Below are positions 13,141 to 25,908 of a stretch of 64,000 bases of DNA, one piece after another. The position numbers and the translations under genes are program-made. The stretch comes from Euprymna scolopes (lineage: Eukaryota). The stretch lies in the NCBI GenBank assembly GCA_053919585.1, contig CM132812.1; one strand, given 5' to 3'. The notes below the pieces were generated by a model, which saw only the letters and a program-made list of their open reading frames with translations, had not been told where the DNA came from and searched no databases. The stretch's first letter is position 1, and each line of letters begins with the position of its first letter.

Positions 13141-13763
13141 CTACATTTGACCCCCCCCCCCCCATTTAGCCCCAAAAGTCCCCAGGGGACGTCAAATCCT
13201 GGTAAAAATGAACAAATGGTGCAGTTTTAGGCCTTAACATGTAAATTTAAGTTCTGCACCATGCAAAAAAAAAAAAAAAAATGACTAAGTCCATTTGCCC
13301 CTCCACCCACCGCATTTAACCCCAAAAGTCCCCAAGGTCTTTACATATTTAAATTTGAGTTCAGCACCATGCAAAACTGCTAAATATAGACATACACAGA
13401 AAGTTTTGGACAAATATGGTAAAATAGTCCCAAAAATGGAGTGTTTTATTAGCCATAAAAGAGTCCCTGGGGTACACCCAAGAGTTATTGCAAAGTATAG
13501 ACAAACAAAAATCAGTTACAACTTTTCAGAAAGTTTTATAAAAAAATAAAAAGGCAATTTTTTTTAAGCACAAAAGTATCAATTTTAGCCATTTTAACCC
13601 AAAAGGCACCCCAAAGGGGGAAATCGGACTTTTCCCAGAAAATCAGTTCTGTTGCTTTTTTGCTCATGTTTAATGTTTGTGCAAAATGTCAAAAAATTCC
13701 AAGGCATAGTTATTGAGAATTTACAGGTCCATCCTCCTTTTGTTGGGGTGGGGGGACCAAAAA
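12882..13763. repeat. Unclassified dispersed repeat (copy 2; boundaries approximate)
   Basis: Starts TTAACCCTTATCCT. Shares AAAAGTCCC..GGG and TTTGA.TTCAGCACCATG motifs with 9282-10200; ends in a GGTCC...GGACC hairpin. Confidence 0.5.
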
Positions 13764-14280
13764 ATTAATAGAAATAAAAACTACCATGATAATAGTTAGA
13801 AATGGCTGGGAGTGGCTGATAGAAGTGTGATGGTAACCAAGATAAGACTTGATATAAGGCTTCTGACAAAGTGGATACATTTAGGAGGCAGAGTTAGTTT
13901 ACAGACAAATTTCAGTTTGTCACACACACCCGAGTTATACCAACAACTTATCTTAGTGAACACAAGTGCGACCATCAGGCTACAATTAGATGGATCACTT
14001 AAGCGTTTACATGGTCAGACAAAATATAATCAAGCACATATTAATCTAGTTTTATCTATAGACACCCATCACTAGCAGGTGCACAGAAGTTTTGAAAATA
14101 ACATTTCGACAACAAAGTGCTTTTAAGTTATATATCTATTTAAAAGCACTTTAGAGCAAGTCTAAAACAATAAAAAACTCAGTATAAAATTTACACTGCA
14201 CACAGTGTAATATAGATAAAAATGATCTAGGAATTCTACTGTGCATAAAAATGGTGAAGAGGATTTAAAATACAATGTTA

Positions 14281-14645
14281 AATCTATTAAAATTCTATTA
14301 AATCTATTAAAATTCTGTTAAATCTATTAAAATTCTGTTAAATCTATTAAAATTCTGTTAAATCTATTAAAATTCTGTTAAATCTATTAAAATTCTGTTA
14401 AATCTATTAAAATTCTGTTAAATCTATTAAAATTCTGTTAAATCTATTAAAATTCTGTTAAATCTATTAATATTCTGTTAAATCTATTAATATTCTGTTA
14501 AATCTATTAATATTCTGTTAAATCTATTAATATTCTGTTAAATCTATTAATATTCTGTTAAATCTATTAAAATTCTGTTAAATCTATTAAAATTCTGTTA
14601 AATCTATTAAAATTCTGTTAAATCTATTAAAATTCTGTTAAATCT
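14281..14645. repeat. Minisatellite, 18 x 20 bp (AATCTATTAAAATTCTGTTA)
   Basis: Directly visible tandem array. Units 10-14 carry an A>T variant; TACAATGTTA flanks both sides. Confidence 0.98.
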
Positions 14646-16029
14646 CTACAATGTTAGGATATTATTTAAAAATGGTTCCAGAACTGTAAAAAGATCTTAT
14701 CAAGATGAGAGTGCTACTTTAAGAAATCTCAACCAAGAGCATTCTTGAGGCATAGAACTAAGTTAAAATTCATTTTAGTTGTCACGAAAGCGATCTTTCT
14801 TAGCAAATGTAGCTGTTAATAATGAATTAGTGATAGGACGATTCTAATATTCCCCCAACCCTAATTTTGATACAATTACTGATTCTGTTGTAAATTCCCG
14901 ATGTAATTACGGATTCTGATTTTTTTTTTTTTTAAATTTATAATTTAGCTGTAAATTTAAAAAAAAAAATATAAAAATACATATGTAATCTACAGATTTT
15001 AGTTTTACTGGTAGTGAAAAAAAAAAAATAAAAAAAAATCAATAAATATTTATCATTTTAACATTAATACCAACAATGGAAAAATTGAGTTAAAAAAAAA
15101 AAAATTATATAAGATTGTTTTTAGAATCAGAAATTAGGTTCAATTTTTCTAATCCAAATTTTTCAGATTCCAATTGTCTCAATCTTTCATTTACTTCCAG
15201 CAGATAAGATAGAATATGGAAAACAAAATCAGCTGAACATATTTGGAAAAGTATAGTGCCTCAAAGTAAACACCGGAAAAAAAAAAAACCTCAATATGCA
15301 CATTTAGCAATGAAAATACAATTTTAAATCTTGAGTGCCCATGTATCCATATAAAATTATCCAGACACTTAGACTGCAAATTCACTCAAATTTAGTTAAG
15401 TATACAGATCTGTTTATATAAAAAAAACAAAATACAAATATCTGGTTTAGCTTTGAGATAACAATTTTGATGCTCCGATAGGCTCCTTTGATTAAGTTTA
15501 GGTAAGCGAACTGGTTGATTTACTGTTGAAAAGTGGATTCAGGATAACGAAATGATAATGGGTTATACATGCTTGCTCATCCAATTGCAGAAAGAAACGA
15601 AAAATTAAAGATTTAATGATAGTCTCCAGTATCGAGCATAGGCTGTCAAAAACTAGTCCATCTCTTAAATTATAAACTAATCCTAAAAGACCAAGGAAAG
15701 CAATTAAAATATACAGTAGGGTGAAGCAAATATTCATACACATAAAAAATTGTATCTTAATGTATGTAAAATGCATTAATTTCTGTTAGAATAAAAATTA
15801 AGTTTATTTTTTAATAGTATGTATCTTTATCCATAAAATGTATCAAATTTTATTTCAGTTAAGGGTTTTACATGTGTACAAATATTTGTTTCACCCTACT
15901 GTAAGGATAAGACAAAAATAAGATTAATGCAAATTTGGGCGCTATTGAGAGTTCAAGTGTCAGCATAAGACTTTCCATGTGTGAGAAACAATATCTCCTG
16001 TACAAGAAAATTCACTATGAATAAAGTAC

Positions 16030-16300
16030 AATTGCTGCTGGGAAAATAAGTGTTACGTAAGGAAATTGTCATGACAGACCTTTCTGTTTCAAGCTGGTCG
16101 GTATTATGGCAAAGATAGGAATCAGCAATGATACAGTGAAACCATTCAGGGGTGAGGGAGATGTGGTGGCGTGGCTGAAGAAATTAAGGCTTGTAACAAG
16201 ACTTCAGAAAGTGGTGCCTGCTCACATTGTATCTGGAGGGGGATGCATTAGCCCTCTACTTGGAGATGGACACGAGCAACCAACTGGATGTTAAGATGAC
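16030..16300 (+). mobile_element. LTR-retrotransposon (Gypsy-like) gag N-terminal fragment
   Basis: MAKIGISNDTVKPFRGEGDVVAWLKKLRLV, then LYLEGDALALYLEM after a frameshift; resembles invertebrate Gypsy gag starts (recalled, not searched). Confidence 0.55.
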
Positions 16301-16375
16301 CCACTGGAAAATTTATGTGAAAGATATTCCACACTTGACTTTATAAAAATGGCAAACCTTTAATTGATAAAAAAA

Positions 16376-17099
16376 TCTCATCTGTAAAAGCGAAAATGTG
16401 TATGTTCACTTTTTGTGTATGTCTGTAAAGGCTTTTTAACGAGAAGCGATCAGTCGGCTCACAACTTAAAACTTTATATCACGTCTAGATGATAATATTT
16501 ACGAGTTAACAATGGAGGTCGCCTGCCTATTTAATTTGCTCAACTTTGAAAAGATAAATATTCAACATTTTTCGCTTGCCACATGTGGATTAGGCTTTTT
16601 CGTGTAATAAAAAGCACTACCGGAAATATCTGAAAGCAATCGGCTTTGATCAATGTGGAGCTGTTTCTTATATCAGACAATTTCTATTCAATTTTGACAA
16701 TCCCCTTTTTATGGGGAGCTGGTTTCCCCTCAACATCTTGGGGGAGGGGAATTAAAGCATTCCTACAGTAAATAAAATACTACCCCCGCAGTCAAAGTTG
16801 ACCTCATTAAGTCATTAAAATCGGGCACCTGCTAATTCTAAATTCTTAAATAAATTCAAACGTGTTTCTGTTAGTGTTTCGTGGTGGCCCACTGGTTAAC
16901 GTTGCATGTTTTTTTTTTTTCACACTTTAATTACCAACTTTGCCTCAAGGGTTCGGGTTTGATCCTTCAACGATCCTACCCAAATTCTTTTTTATTTTAC
17001 CCCCCCCCCCCCCCCGACACTAACACCCGGGTGTTTTGATTTACCCAAAAACCACACCTCCAAACACCCGGATAACGCCGGGTACCCCCCCCCCGCTAG
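16376..17099 (+). mobile_element. Non-autonomous Helitron-like element
   Basis: A|TC start; 3' hairpin CCCGGataacgCCGGG followed by CTAG|T. Confidence 0.6.
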
Positions 17100-17112
17100 T
17101 CTATAATATAAA

Positions 17113-17486
17113 TCTCACCTGTGTTAAAAATGTATGTCTGCCTAAAACTTTCGACAGAAGCGACAGATTTTTACGATGATGCGCGACCCTTCACATGACA
17201 AATATCAAAAAATTGGCTGATAACATTTATTCCTTCATCCTCAACTAGGCACATTTCTATAGGGATGGGTCGCATTTTTCTTAAAGTCATGCCTTCTTTT
17301 CAATTGACTAGCCTTAATTTAAATCTTTGTCACTTCCGGTTTGGCGATGGGTGCAATAGCAAAGACGTCACATTTTTTCTCCTCCATGTTCTTTTCCTCC
17401 TTTGCGGTATGGGTTCAAGCCTGCCTGCCTACCTATTAACACTTTTGCTCAACACACCTCCAAATGTCCGGCCAACACCAGGCTAG
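17113..17486 (+). mobile_element. Non-autonomous Helitron-like element (family 2)
   Basis: A|TC start, degenerate hairpin and CTAG|T end; homologous along its length to 57985-58386. Confidence 0.65.
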
Positions 17487-17828
17487 TTTTCAATATAATC
17501 TTAAATTTCATGGCTTGAAAACACCAATTATTTTTGCTCCACTCTATAAAAACAGTTTCATCAAACAAGAAATTTCTTTCTATATAAATGCTTTTTTCCC
17601 CCGCCTGACTTAAATTTTTAAAATTAAATTAAAAGGATTTTACATTTATTTATTCAAAACAAATTCTTTAGATATTTTTCATAGATTCTCAGACAATGCT
17701 ATGATCGGTTATCTTCAAGTATAACTGCATATTTGTAGACCAACTTTTATGAATGAAAAATGAGAAAACTTTATATAAAACTAAATTTAATGACACAAAT
17801 CTAGGCATATGGAACAATTTTAAAGTTT

Positions 17829-18395
17829 CGTCAAGGATGAGAGTTCATATAGAAACGTTTTAATTTGAATAAAATACGCATCAAGTGCGCTTGAAACCCA
17901 AATACAACATAATATTAGGAAAATAAATATTTTACAATTTATCAAATTTCACAGGTATACTCCATCTTCAGTGTGTTTTTTTTTTCCTTTTCTTCCTTGC
18001 CATGTTGTAAATTTGGAGAAAAAAAATTGTTTATTTTCCTAATACTACGTTGCATTTGGCTTTCAAGCGCACTTGTTTTAATTTGAATAAAATAAAATAT
18101 GCATCATCTCTATATCAACTCTCATCTCATCCTTGACGTTATTCTCGCGTTGCCTACGCACAGTTCAAACATTTCAAAATACAACCGCTGGAAACAACAC
18201 ACGGCTCTTCAGACTTTCTCCAAATTTCCAACATGGCAAGGAAGAAAAGGATAAAAACAAAACACTGAAGATGGAGTATACCTCCGAAATATAATTGTGA
18301 TAAATTTCAAACATGTAAAATATTTGTTTATTTTCCTTATATTACGTTGTGATTTGGCTTTCAAGCACACTTGATGCATATTTTATTTTATTTAA
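17829..18395. repeat. Nested inverted repeat / foldback (MITE-like, rearranged)
   Basis: 17870-18022 is the imperfect reverse complement of 18214-18390; 18027-18138 is the imperfect reverse complement of 17829-17925. Confidence 0.85.
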
Positions 18396-18499
18396 TTTTA
18401 AAATTTCTCAAAATTAACCGACTCAAGAACATCTAGTGTTAAATAAAAAAGATTTAGTGCTTCTTCAGAACAACACTTACAAAATTGCTTATGATATAT

Positions 18500-18845
18500 C
18501 GACACTTAGGATATTTGATACAAAAGCATAATATTGTAAAACATCCCTGCCCAAAACATTACAGGAATACTTCCTTGCAGATTACAACATGGTAGTCTTC
18601 CAATCCAATTTCAAAATATTTTCAATCATGAATCGTTCCCACAAGCATTCAAACTATTCCATCAACCATTCTCAATCCTCTGTGCCACAGGACTGTTCTA
18701 GCTAATTACAGTAGTTTTCAAATTTAATATTAACAAATTCTTGTTGAACTGCCCTTTAAATAATCAAGTTCTGTCCAATTATCAGTGTTGTCTCACCATC
18801 CACCCAACACTCATTTTCTTTGAGTGGCATTTGGGCCTTAAGGTG
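18500..18845 (+). mobile_element. LINE 3' remnant (same family as 50720-51165)
   Basis: Shares AACAA.TTCTT.TTGAACTG.CC and .AGTGGCATT..GGCCTT with the 51 kb copy. Confidence 0.4.
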
Positions 18846-19336
18846 ACCTTACAACACCCCCACCCTCCAAGTTTTATCTTTCAACTGACAATCTTTGCAT
18901 TTAATTAAGTCTTATCCTCTAGTGCTAAGAGACAAGTGATGAGCCAAAAGGGAGATTGTTGGTTCATAAATTTTCCAGCAGTAATAGTGCATAAATGAAT
19001 ACAATAGATCAGTGAGTATTTGGATTCAACATCACCAATTTCATAATTTGTGCGGTTATCTATCAGGCCCAGATAATGTGCAAGAGGAAAAATTCCAAGT
19101 TACATCACCTGTCAGACTTTGTTCCTTTTTCCATCTGGAAATAATCCGATAACTTGTCATGGATCAACCAAGACAAAAATATACTTCAAACACCCAGATG
19201 AAGAAAAAAAAAAAAAAAAAAATTTCCAACCAAAAAATCTTGCGATTCTGAATTTGTAATAATACATATCAGAAAGAGATGGCCAGTCTGGGAACAACTC
19301 TTCATTGAAACAGCTGTCCAGAGAGCATGATATTGG

Positions 19337-19940
19337 TTCCAGATCAGGCACCAAGGAACACTGCCCGAGGAACCACCGCGATTTGCACACAACACTCAAA
19401 GAGCATATTCTAAAAATTAAGCGTGCAGTCGATATGATATTAGGACAGTATTTGAAATTGGTGCATTAAAATACTTGGTACTCGAGAGAAAAAAATAAAA
19501 ATAGATAAGTAAAGATGCAATAATTTTATAAGGGGAGTATATTTATAATAAGATTATGACATGCTGAACATATTGGCGTTAAAACAAATTTAGTATTACA
19601 TACGAAAAAGGAAAATAATTTTTTTAAAATCAAAATTTTATTTGGAGTTACTGTATAATAATTCCAGATCAGGCACCAAGGAACATTGCCCGAGGAACCA
19701 CCGATTTGCACAAAATACTCGAATGGCATATTCTAAAAATTAAGTGTGCAGTCGATACGATATTAGGACAGTATTTGATGCATTAAAATACTTGGTATTT
19801 GAGAAATTAAAGACGCAATAATTTTATTATAAGATTATGACATGCTGAACATATTGGCGTTAAAACAAATTTAGTATTACATACGAAAAAGGAAAATAAA
19901 TTTTTAAATCAAAATTTTATTTGGAGTTACTGTATAATAA
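19337..19940. repeat. Local tandem duplication (~325 + ~280 bp), copy A only
   Basis: TTCCAGATCAGGCACCAAGGAACA...GGAGTTACTGTATAATAA occurs twice (starting 19337 and 19662); single in copy B. Confidence 0.9.
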
Positions 19941-20261
19941 ATAAAATTATGTTAGTAAACCTCACATTACTAAAAATGCCTCTTACTTTAATCTGTCAAC
20001 ATATATCTGGGATTTACTTCGGTCATTTCATAATTAAATCCATCTTTTCATAAAATAAACAGGAACATAAAACATTCAAGCATTTTCACATCTATACAGT
20101 TCAACATTGATAAGTAGCATGATTAATTGTCCGTTCTATTGAAAGCCAATCATCACTGAACAATATTGCAACTTAGACTCACACCATCCATATAATGTGC
20201 AGAAAGAAGTCTTCGTTACCAATACATACCGTAGGAAATTAACAACCTAAGAGAAACTTAC

Positions 20262-20407
20262 CATTATATCAGCTCCAGAGAAATCTGAATCAAGCAGCAG
20301 AGGATTACTCCAAGATTCACAGTAAGAAAATTGCAAATGATCAAAGAAAACACCAAAATGTAAAATTTTGGAAAATAATGGGAGTATTCCAATATCTACC
20401 TGCACCT
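20262..20407 (-). CDS. Candidate host-gene exon (unidentified protein)
   Basis: Stop-free VQVDIGILPLFSKILHFGVFFDHLQFSYCESWSNPLLLDSDFSGADIM between a CCTTAG acceptor and an ATG|GTAAGT donor; no homology verified. Confidence 0.3.
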
Positions 20408-21239
20408 CTAAGGGAGCTATAAGGGGATAAACCCCTTAAATCTTCAAATATAGAGTATTCCATTGCTATTTGCAGGATCTCACACCAAAAAGGTAAAACT
20501 ATGAATACGAAATGCAGTTTTAAAACTTCTATGTAAGAGATTTTATACAGTACTAATAAGATAAGACCCTTAAATCTTCAAATATACGGTATCCCGTTGC
20601 TTTTTGCAGGACTTATGTTCTTTATATGCATTGCAAAAAGAACTGCAAATATGTAGATTTTATACGGTACTAAATGCTTCCCAAACACTTTCTAAACTTA
20701 CTCATTAATACAGTAATATTTTAATTTTGTATTGCAACAATATTTTAAATCAAAATAGAAACACAGTATAGTTACTGATACTGTATCGTAAAGTCATTTT
20801 CTATGTGTACAACATGTGTATTAGAATTGACAAGTGAAAATTTAAATGCAAACTTAAATACAGTGTGAACAGTTCAGTTAATAATACAGTACCCACTATA
20901 TTCCAAACAAAATCTCGAGATCTAGTGAAAAAAAAAAAAAAATCACTAAATTGGCAACACTTAACGGATATTTGTTTTTATGGCATTATGATGCTGTTCC
21001 AGTATACCAAAATAAAATGCAATACAGGGCCATGAACAAATGCAGGTATACTGTATCATTTTAATGAAATTTAAATATGTAGAAAACTTTCTGGAAGACA
21101 ATGGAAGTGGTCCCAAATCTACGCTATCCTCTATGTAGAAAATATTTACACCTACACCTTTCAGTGATACATAGAGATACCACTATAAAATCTAACACTC
21201 TAAAAAATCTTAAAATATGGATATCAAATTTTAAATGAA

Positions 21240-21889
21240 TTTAAGCATACGACACCAACTAAGAGTTAACTGACCTGGAAACATAGCAAACTAGATCAGG
21301 AAGCATTCGTTGGTACTTCAAGGAGTGAACACTTTGAATGAGCTTCCCAATTCAGTTAGGAATGCAGAAGGCACAAACTGGTCCAGTAGGCAATACAGTA
21401 TTCAACCTATGCAGGTGTCCAAGACTAAAAGACAAGGCGCAGGAGTTAGAGGCTGCATAGTCTTTTCCTATAGAAGTATCCAAGCATATTGTGTGAAATG
21501 AAGAAAAAGAAACTAATACCTGGAATGAGTTTCCTAGTTTTCCAATGCAAAAAGATGCAAATTTGATCGCAAACTAGACAAGTATTGATCCAGTAGGTAA
21601 ACCACTATTTGACCTATACACGAGTTATATTGGGGCAAAATGAGGGCGAAACAGTAAAACTAAGAAATATGGGGCTATAAGAATAGTGAAAAGTATTCAC
21701 TATTTCACCTATACATGAGTTTACAGAGACTAAAAGACGAGGCATAGAGCAAGAGTTACAGGCTGCATAGCCTATTTCCTGAAGTATCAAGCTATATTGG
21801 GGGTGAAACAGTAAAACAAAGAAATACAGTGTTATAAGAATAGTGAAAAGTACATAGTAATTCTAAGCAACGTTGGGTCTTCCGGCTAG
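21240..21889 (+). mobile_element. CR1-like 3' remnant and short repeats ending in a Helitron-like 3' terminus
   Basis: VNTLNELPNSVRNA resembles the CR1 C-terminal WNxLP motif; AAGCAACGTTGGGTCTTCCGGCTAG|T at 21865-21890; homologue at ~35600-36256. Confidence 0.4.
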
Positions 21890-21933
21890 TAAATATAAAC
21901 TAGACGTTTTAACTCACTAAAAAGTTATAGCCT

Positions 21934-23096
21934 ATTGACTTCAATGAGTGTTTTATATCAAATTGTTGGTTGAATATAGTTAAATTTGTGCTTTTTGCAT
22001 TAAATACTAATTCCTATTAATTTTAACTGTGCATTAATACTGTAATTCTTAGTTTGCTGCATCTTAAAACCAAGATCCTTAAAAAATTTTTAAAAAAGTT
22101 AAAAAAAAATTCAGCCAGATCGGTGCAGTAGTTTCGGAGACAAAAATGGAATGGACAGAGACAGACAAAGAAATAAAAATTAATGCTCGCAATTCTTGAT
22201 TACCCATGCAGAGGTGATAATAACTATGATTAATATTAACACTTCCACCCAGTCATGGCAGAGAGAACAAGAAAAATCTACCAATTAAATAAAGAGTTCA
22301 GTTTGAAATTCCACAGATTACTGAAAATAAAACGTGTCTGAAAAACTGAATATAAAAAACAATATGAAAATAATCTGAAATCCAGATCAGTTTAGTAGTT
22401 TTGTTTTATGTTATTTAATTTGGTCATTCTGGTGAAAAAATTACGATTTTATGTTCTTTCTAATATTTATTCATGGTGTTTGGTTTTATTGACTTTATGT
22501 CAAATTGTTGGTTAAATATAGTTTAACTTGTGCTCATTTTTGCATTAAATACTAATTCCTATTAATCTTAACTGTGCATGAAGACTAATTCTTAGTTTGC
22601 TGCATCTTAAAACCAAGGTCCATAAAAAAATACAATTTCAGCCAGATCGGTGCAGTAGTTTCAGAGAAAAAAAAACGGAATGAACAGACAGAAATAAAAG
22701 TTTAAGGCTCTCACAATTCTTGATTACCCATGCGGTAGTGTTGAAAAGTATTAGTTAACAGTTTTCAATCTTTTAGGACTTGAACGCTCAATATGTGCAA
22801 GGTGATATAACTAATTAATATTAACACTTCAAACCTAGATAGGGCAAGACAAATCTAATTAAAGAAAGGGTTCTGTTTGAAACTCCACAAAAATAAAATG
22901 TGTCCGAAACCTTGAATATAAAAACCAATATGAAAATAGATTTTAATTCATCAGTCTAGTAGTTTTGTTTTATGGCATATCCACCCTTTCTGTTATTTAA
23001 TGCCAACTCTGATCATTTTGGTAAAAAAATAAAAAATTATGATTTCATGTTTTATATATCTTCAAATATTTATTCATGGTGCTTGGTTTGGTTTTA
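21934..23096. repeat. Older internal tandem duplication (~555 + ~610 bp) present in both large copies
   Basis: ATTGACTT...TCAAATTGTTGGTT.AATATAG...TATTCATGGTG starts at 21934 and 22488. Same pair at ~36300-37490; a third partial copy at ~56349-56447. Confidence 0.85.
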
Positions 23097-24694
23097 CAAA
23101 GGAAAACACTTTCCTTTTGGCTTGGTAGAACAGGATCGAGTTTTGAAAAGGAAAAGAAAACATCAATGTTTGTTGCTTTTTAGGTCAAGATGGTGGTATC
23201 TTTAGGCAGCCTGATATAGTAAAGTAGATTTTATACTTTTTCCATAATTTAAAATTTTTGAATGTCATATCTTGCTTGATGCAGCCTTTTAGATACATTG
23301 ATTTTTTTTTAAGTTAGGAGAGTTGATACAAGACACTTCAGTTTAATTTTCATATTAGAGTATATGGACTATACGTTTGTACAGATACATTTAAAGTTAA
23401 ATAGCTATACCCTTAGATTGGTCCATTACCAAGAGTTCAAAGAACTGTTAAGGACATTCAAAATCAACAATTATTAATACGAAACCTAGAACTTTCAGAT
23501 TTTAGTTGCCAGCTTCAATTAGCGGATTTGGCAATAAAAACGCCAGAGATCAATGCGTTTCCTATGATGTGCATTTGGTACGGTTTCAAGTTTTGGACTA
23601 GTTTAAAAATGAGGATATTCCTCATTTTACCAGGGGTGTGATCAGGTTGTCACATAGAAAAAAAAAATGGTAGGAGGGGGAAAGATAGGATTTTAGACAC
23701 CAAACAAGATCTTGGTCAAAAGAGACTTCAACTGCAGTGCATAACATTGGTTGGAACTACGATATCAGTGATGACCATAATGCTTACAATGTAGAAGGCA
23801 AATTTATCTCTAAAGGACATAATTGGCTTTGACAACGGAAGGTGCCATAAACTTCCACGTGATCATAAATCAAATACAAGACCAAGACATTTTATAGTGT
23901 GGCTGAATAAAACATGTCCAACCCATTTCCCCTGCAAGAGTTTAAAAGACTTGTCTCATGCTAATCACTTCATATCAATTGGGAAAAAACATGGAATATT
24001 TTTCCAAGAAATAAACTACATTTCATAATACCTATCAACAAAGAATGGCAACTAGGACACTGATGACCTAGGGACACAGGTATTAGCAAGAATACGAATT
24101 TCATGCTCCCTTAACTCATATATCCTGGAGAACCTTCAACATTCATACAATAGCAGTCACCATTCTTAATTTTGATAGATTTTCAATTATATTTTTTACT
24201 TGTGTCAGCAAGAGACAATTGACTTTTAATTTCTTTTTTTTTTTAGAAATAATGCTCAAATTATTTTTGAACTCTAATATCAATTAATAGTCTCAAAACA
24301 CACACAAGTGATAGTGCATAACAGTAGGGGAGATAATTCAATATATATTCAAGTGAACACTTGCATCAACAGATGCGAAGTATTAGTATTGTTTGCAATG
24401 TAAATACAACACCTCCGCCCCCATCAAAAATGAATTTAAGTTTTTTTAATTCACTAATTTTTTTATAATCTAAGGTTATAAATCTACCAGTAATTTTGTT
24501 AAACTGTCTCTTACGTTATTGTCTGGTCATTGACTGTATCTGAATGTATATACACCCACAACAGTCTTTAGATTAGACAACACTGCTAGATCATACATAT
24601 ACACAGCACGTAGACATAAATGCCATTATATATACACAGCACCACTACACACATACAAAAATTAACGCTAGACACACAGGTAGATTATATATAG

Positions 24695-24739
<45 letters not shown>

Positions 24740-24743
<4 letters not shown>

Positions 24744-25908
24744 GTGCGTCTTGTATTTGAGCACGTCACTTATTTCATCTTTTATCCATTTCATCTTTTA
24801 CTTTGTTTCTTTCAGAAAATTCATTATGGCAGATAACTCGGGAAATGAAAAGACATGCTGCAATAATGGCAGAACAAAGTGATTTGCAAATTGCATGATT
24901 TCTAAAAGAATTAGGACAAAACTGGTCCAATTTCTCCAGTTGCTAAATGCAAAAAGCATCAACAATGCTCTGATAGCATCAGAACACCTGAATTTGTTCC
25001 AAGAGTTCAGAACATCATTGAGTTAATGAGGTCAATTGCAAAAGATCTTAATGTCTCAGAAGCCACAATTCGTAGGACTTGTCATGAAAATCTTCGATAC
25101 AAGTCATATGTGATGAAGAAAGGCCAGTTTATCTGCGGGACCAAAGAAAACCAGTTGGTAAGATCCAAGAGGCTTTTTTAAGCAAACTGAAACATCCTGC
25201 TGAGCAATACATTCTTTGGGTTTTTTCAGCCGAAAAAATTTTTGACCAAGACCAAAAGGTAAACCAAAGAAATGACAGATGGCTATGTGCTGACCCTTCT
25301 GAAGTTCCAAGAGTCACGCACACAAAATTTCCAGCAATTGTTATGGTTTTGGAGGTGGTTAGCAATGACGGACATGTGATGCCACCGCATTTCTTTCCAC
25401 AAGGACTAAAAATTCTGCTGCTTACATTGAAGTCATGAGTACTGTTATGAAGCCTTCGATTGATAGAGTAAGAAATGGAAAGTCCTACATCTTTCAACAA
25501 GACACTGAACTGGCACATAAGGCTCAGAAGACAAGAATGGTTAGCAGAGAATATCCATGATCACATTACCCCCAATTTGTGGCCTCCAAGCTCTCCAGAC
25601 CTAAATCCGTTGGATTATTATGTGTGGGGCGTTGTTGAGAGAGATGTTAATAAACATCATCATAACACTAAAGATTCTCTGAAAGCATCCATAGAGTAAT
25701 GCAGGATATCGACGAGGACCATGTTAAACGTGCCTGCCAACGGTTTAGGTCTCGAATAGAAACTGTAATTGATGCTGAGGGCGATTTCTTTTAATAAAGC
25801 TAACTTTTTATGTACAATAAAGTGACTTTTTGTAATACCGATTTTTTTGTTTATCTTTTTGATTATTTTTAAAAAGGAAATATGTTCTCATACCAGACGC
25901 ACCCTCTG
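24740..25908 (+). mobile_element. DD37D (maT/mori) Tc1-mariner element, degenerate, copy A
   Basis: QDQKVNQRNDRW, GHVMPPHFF, FQQD-x37-D in WPPSSPDLNPLDYYVWG (allowing one frameshift); imperfect TIRs CAGTGTGCGTCTTGTAT / ATACCAGACGCACCCTCTG; sits in CA/TA microsatellite. Confidence 0.9.

Noticed and set aside
14281-14645. Possible CRISPR-like array
   Set aside because: Contiguous tandem units with no unique spacers, no cas genes, eukaryotic context.
16881-16965. tRNA gene
   Set aside because: Only degenerate A/B boxes; no cloverleaf and an internal T-run.
23400-24166. Possible old LINE body continuing in B:38580-39550
   Set aside because: Composition is suggestive, but no RT or endonuclease motif could be read.
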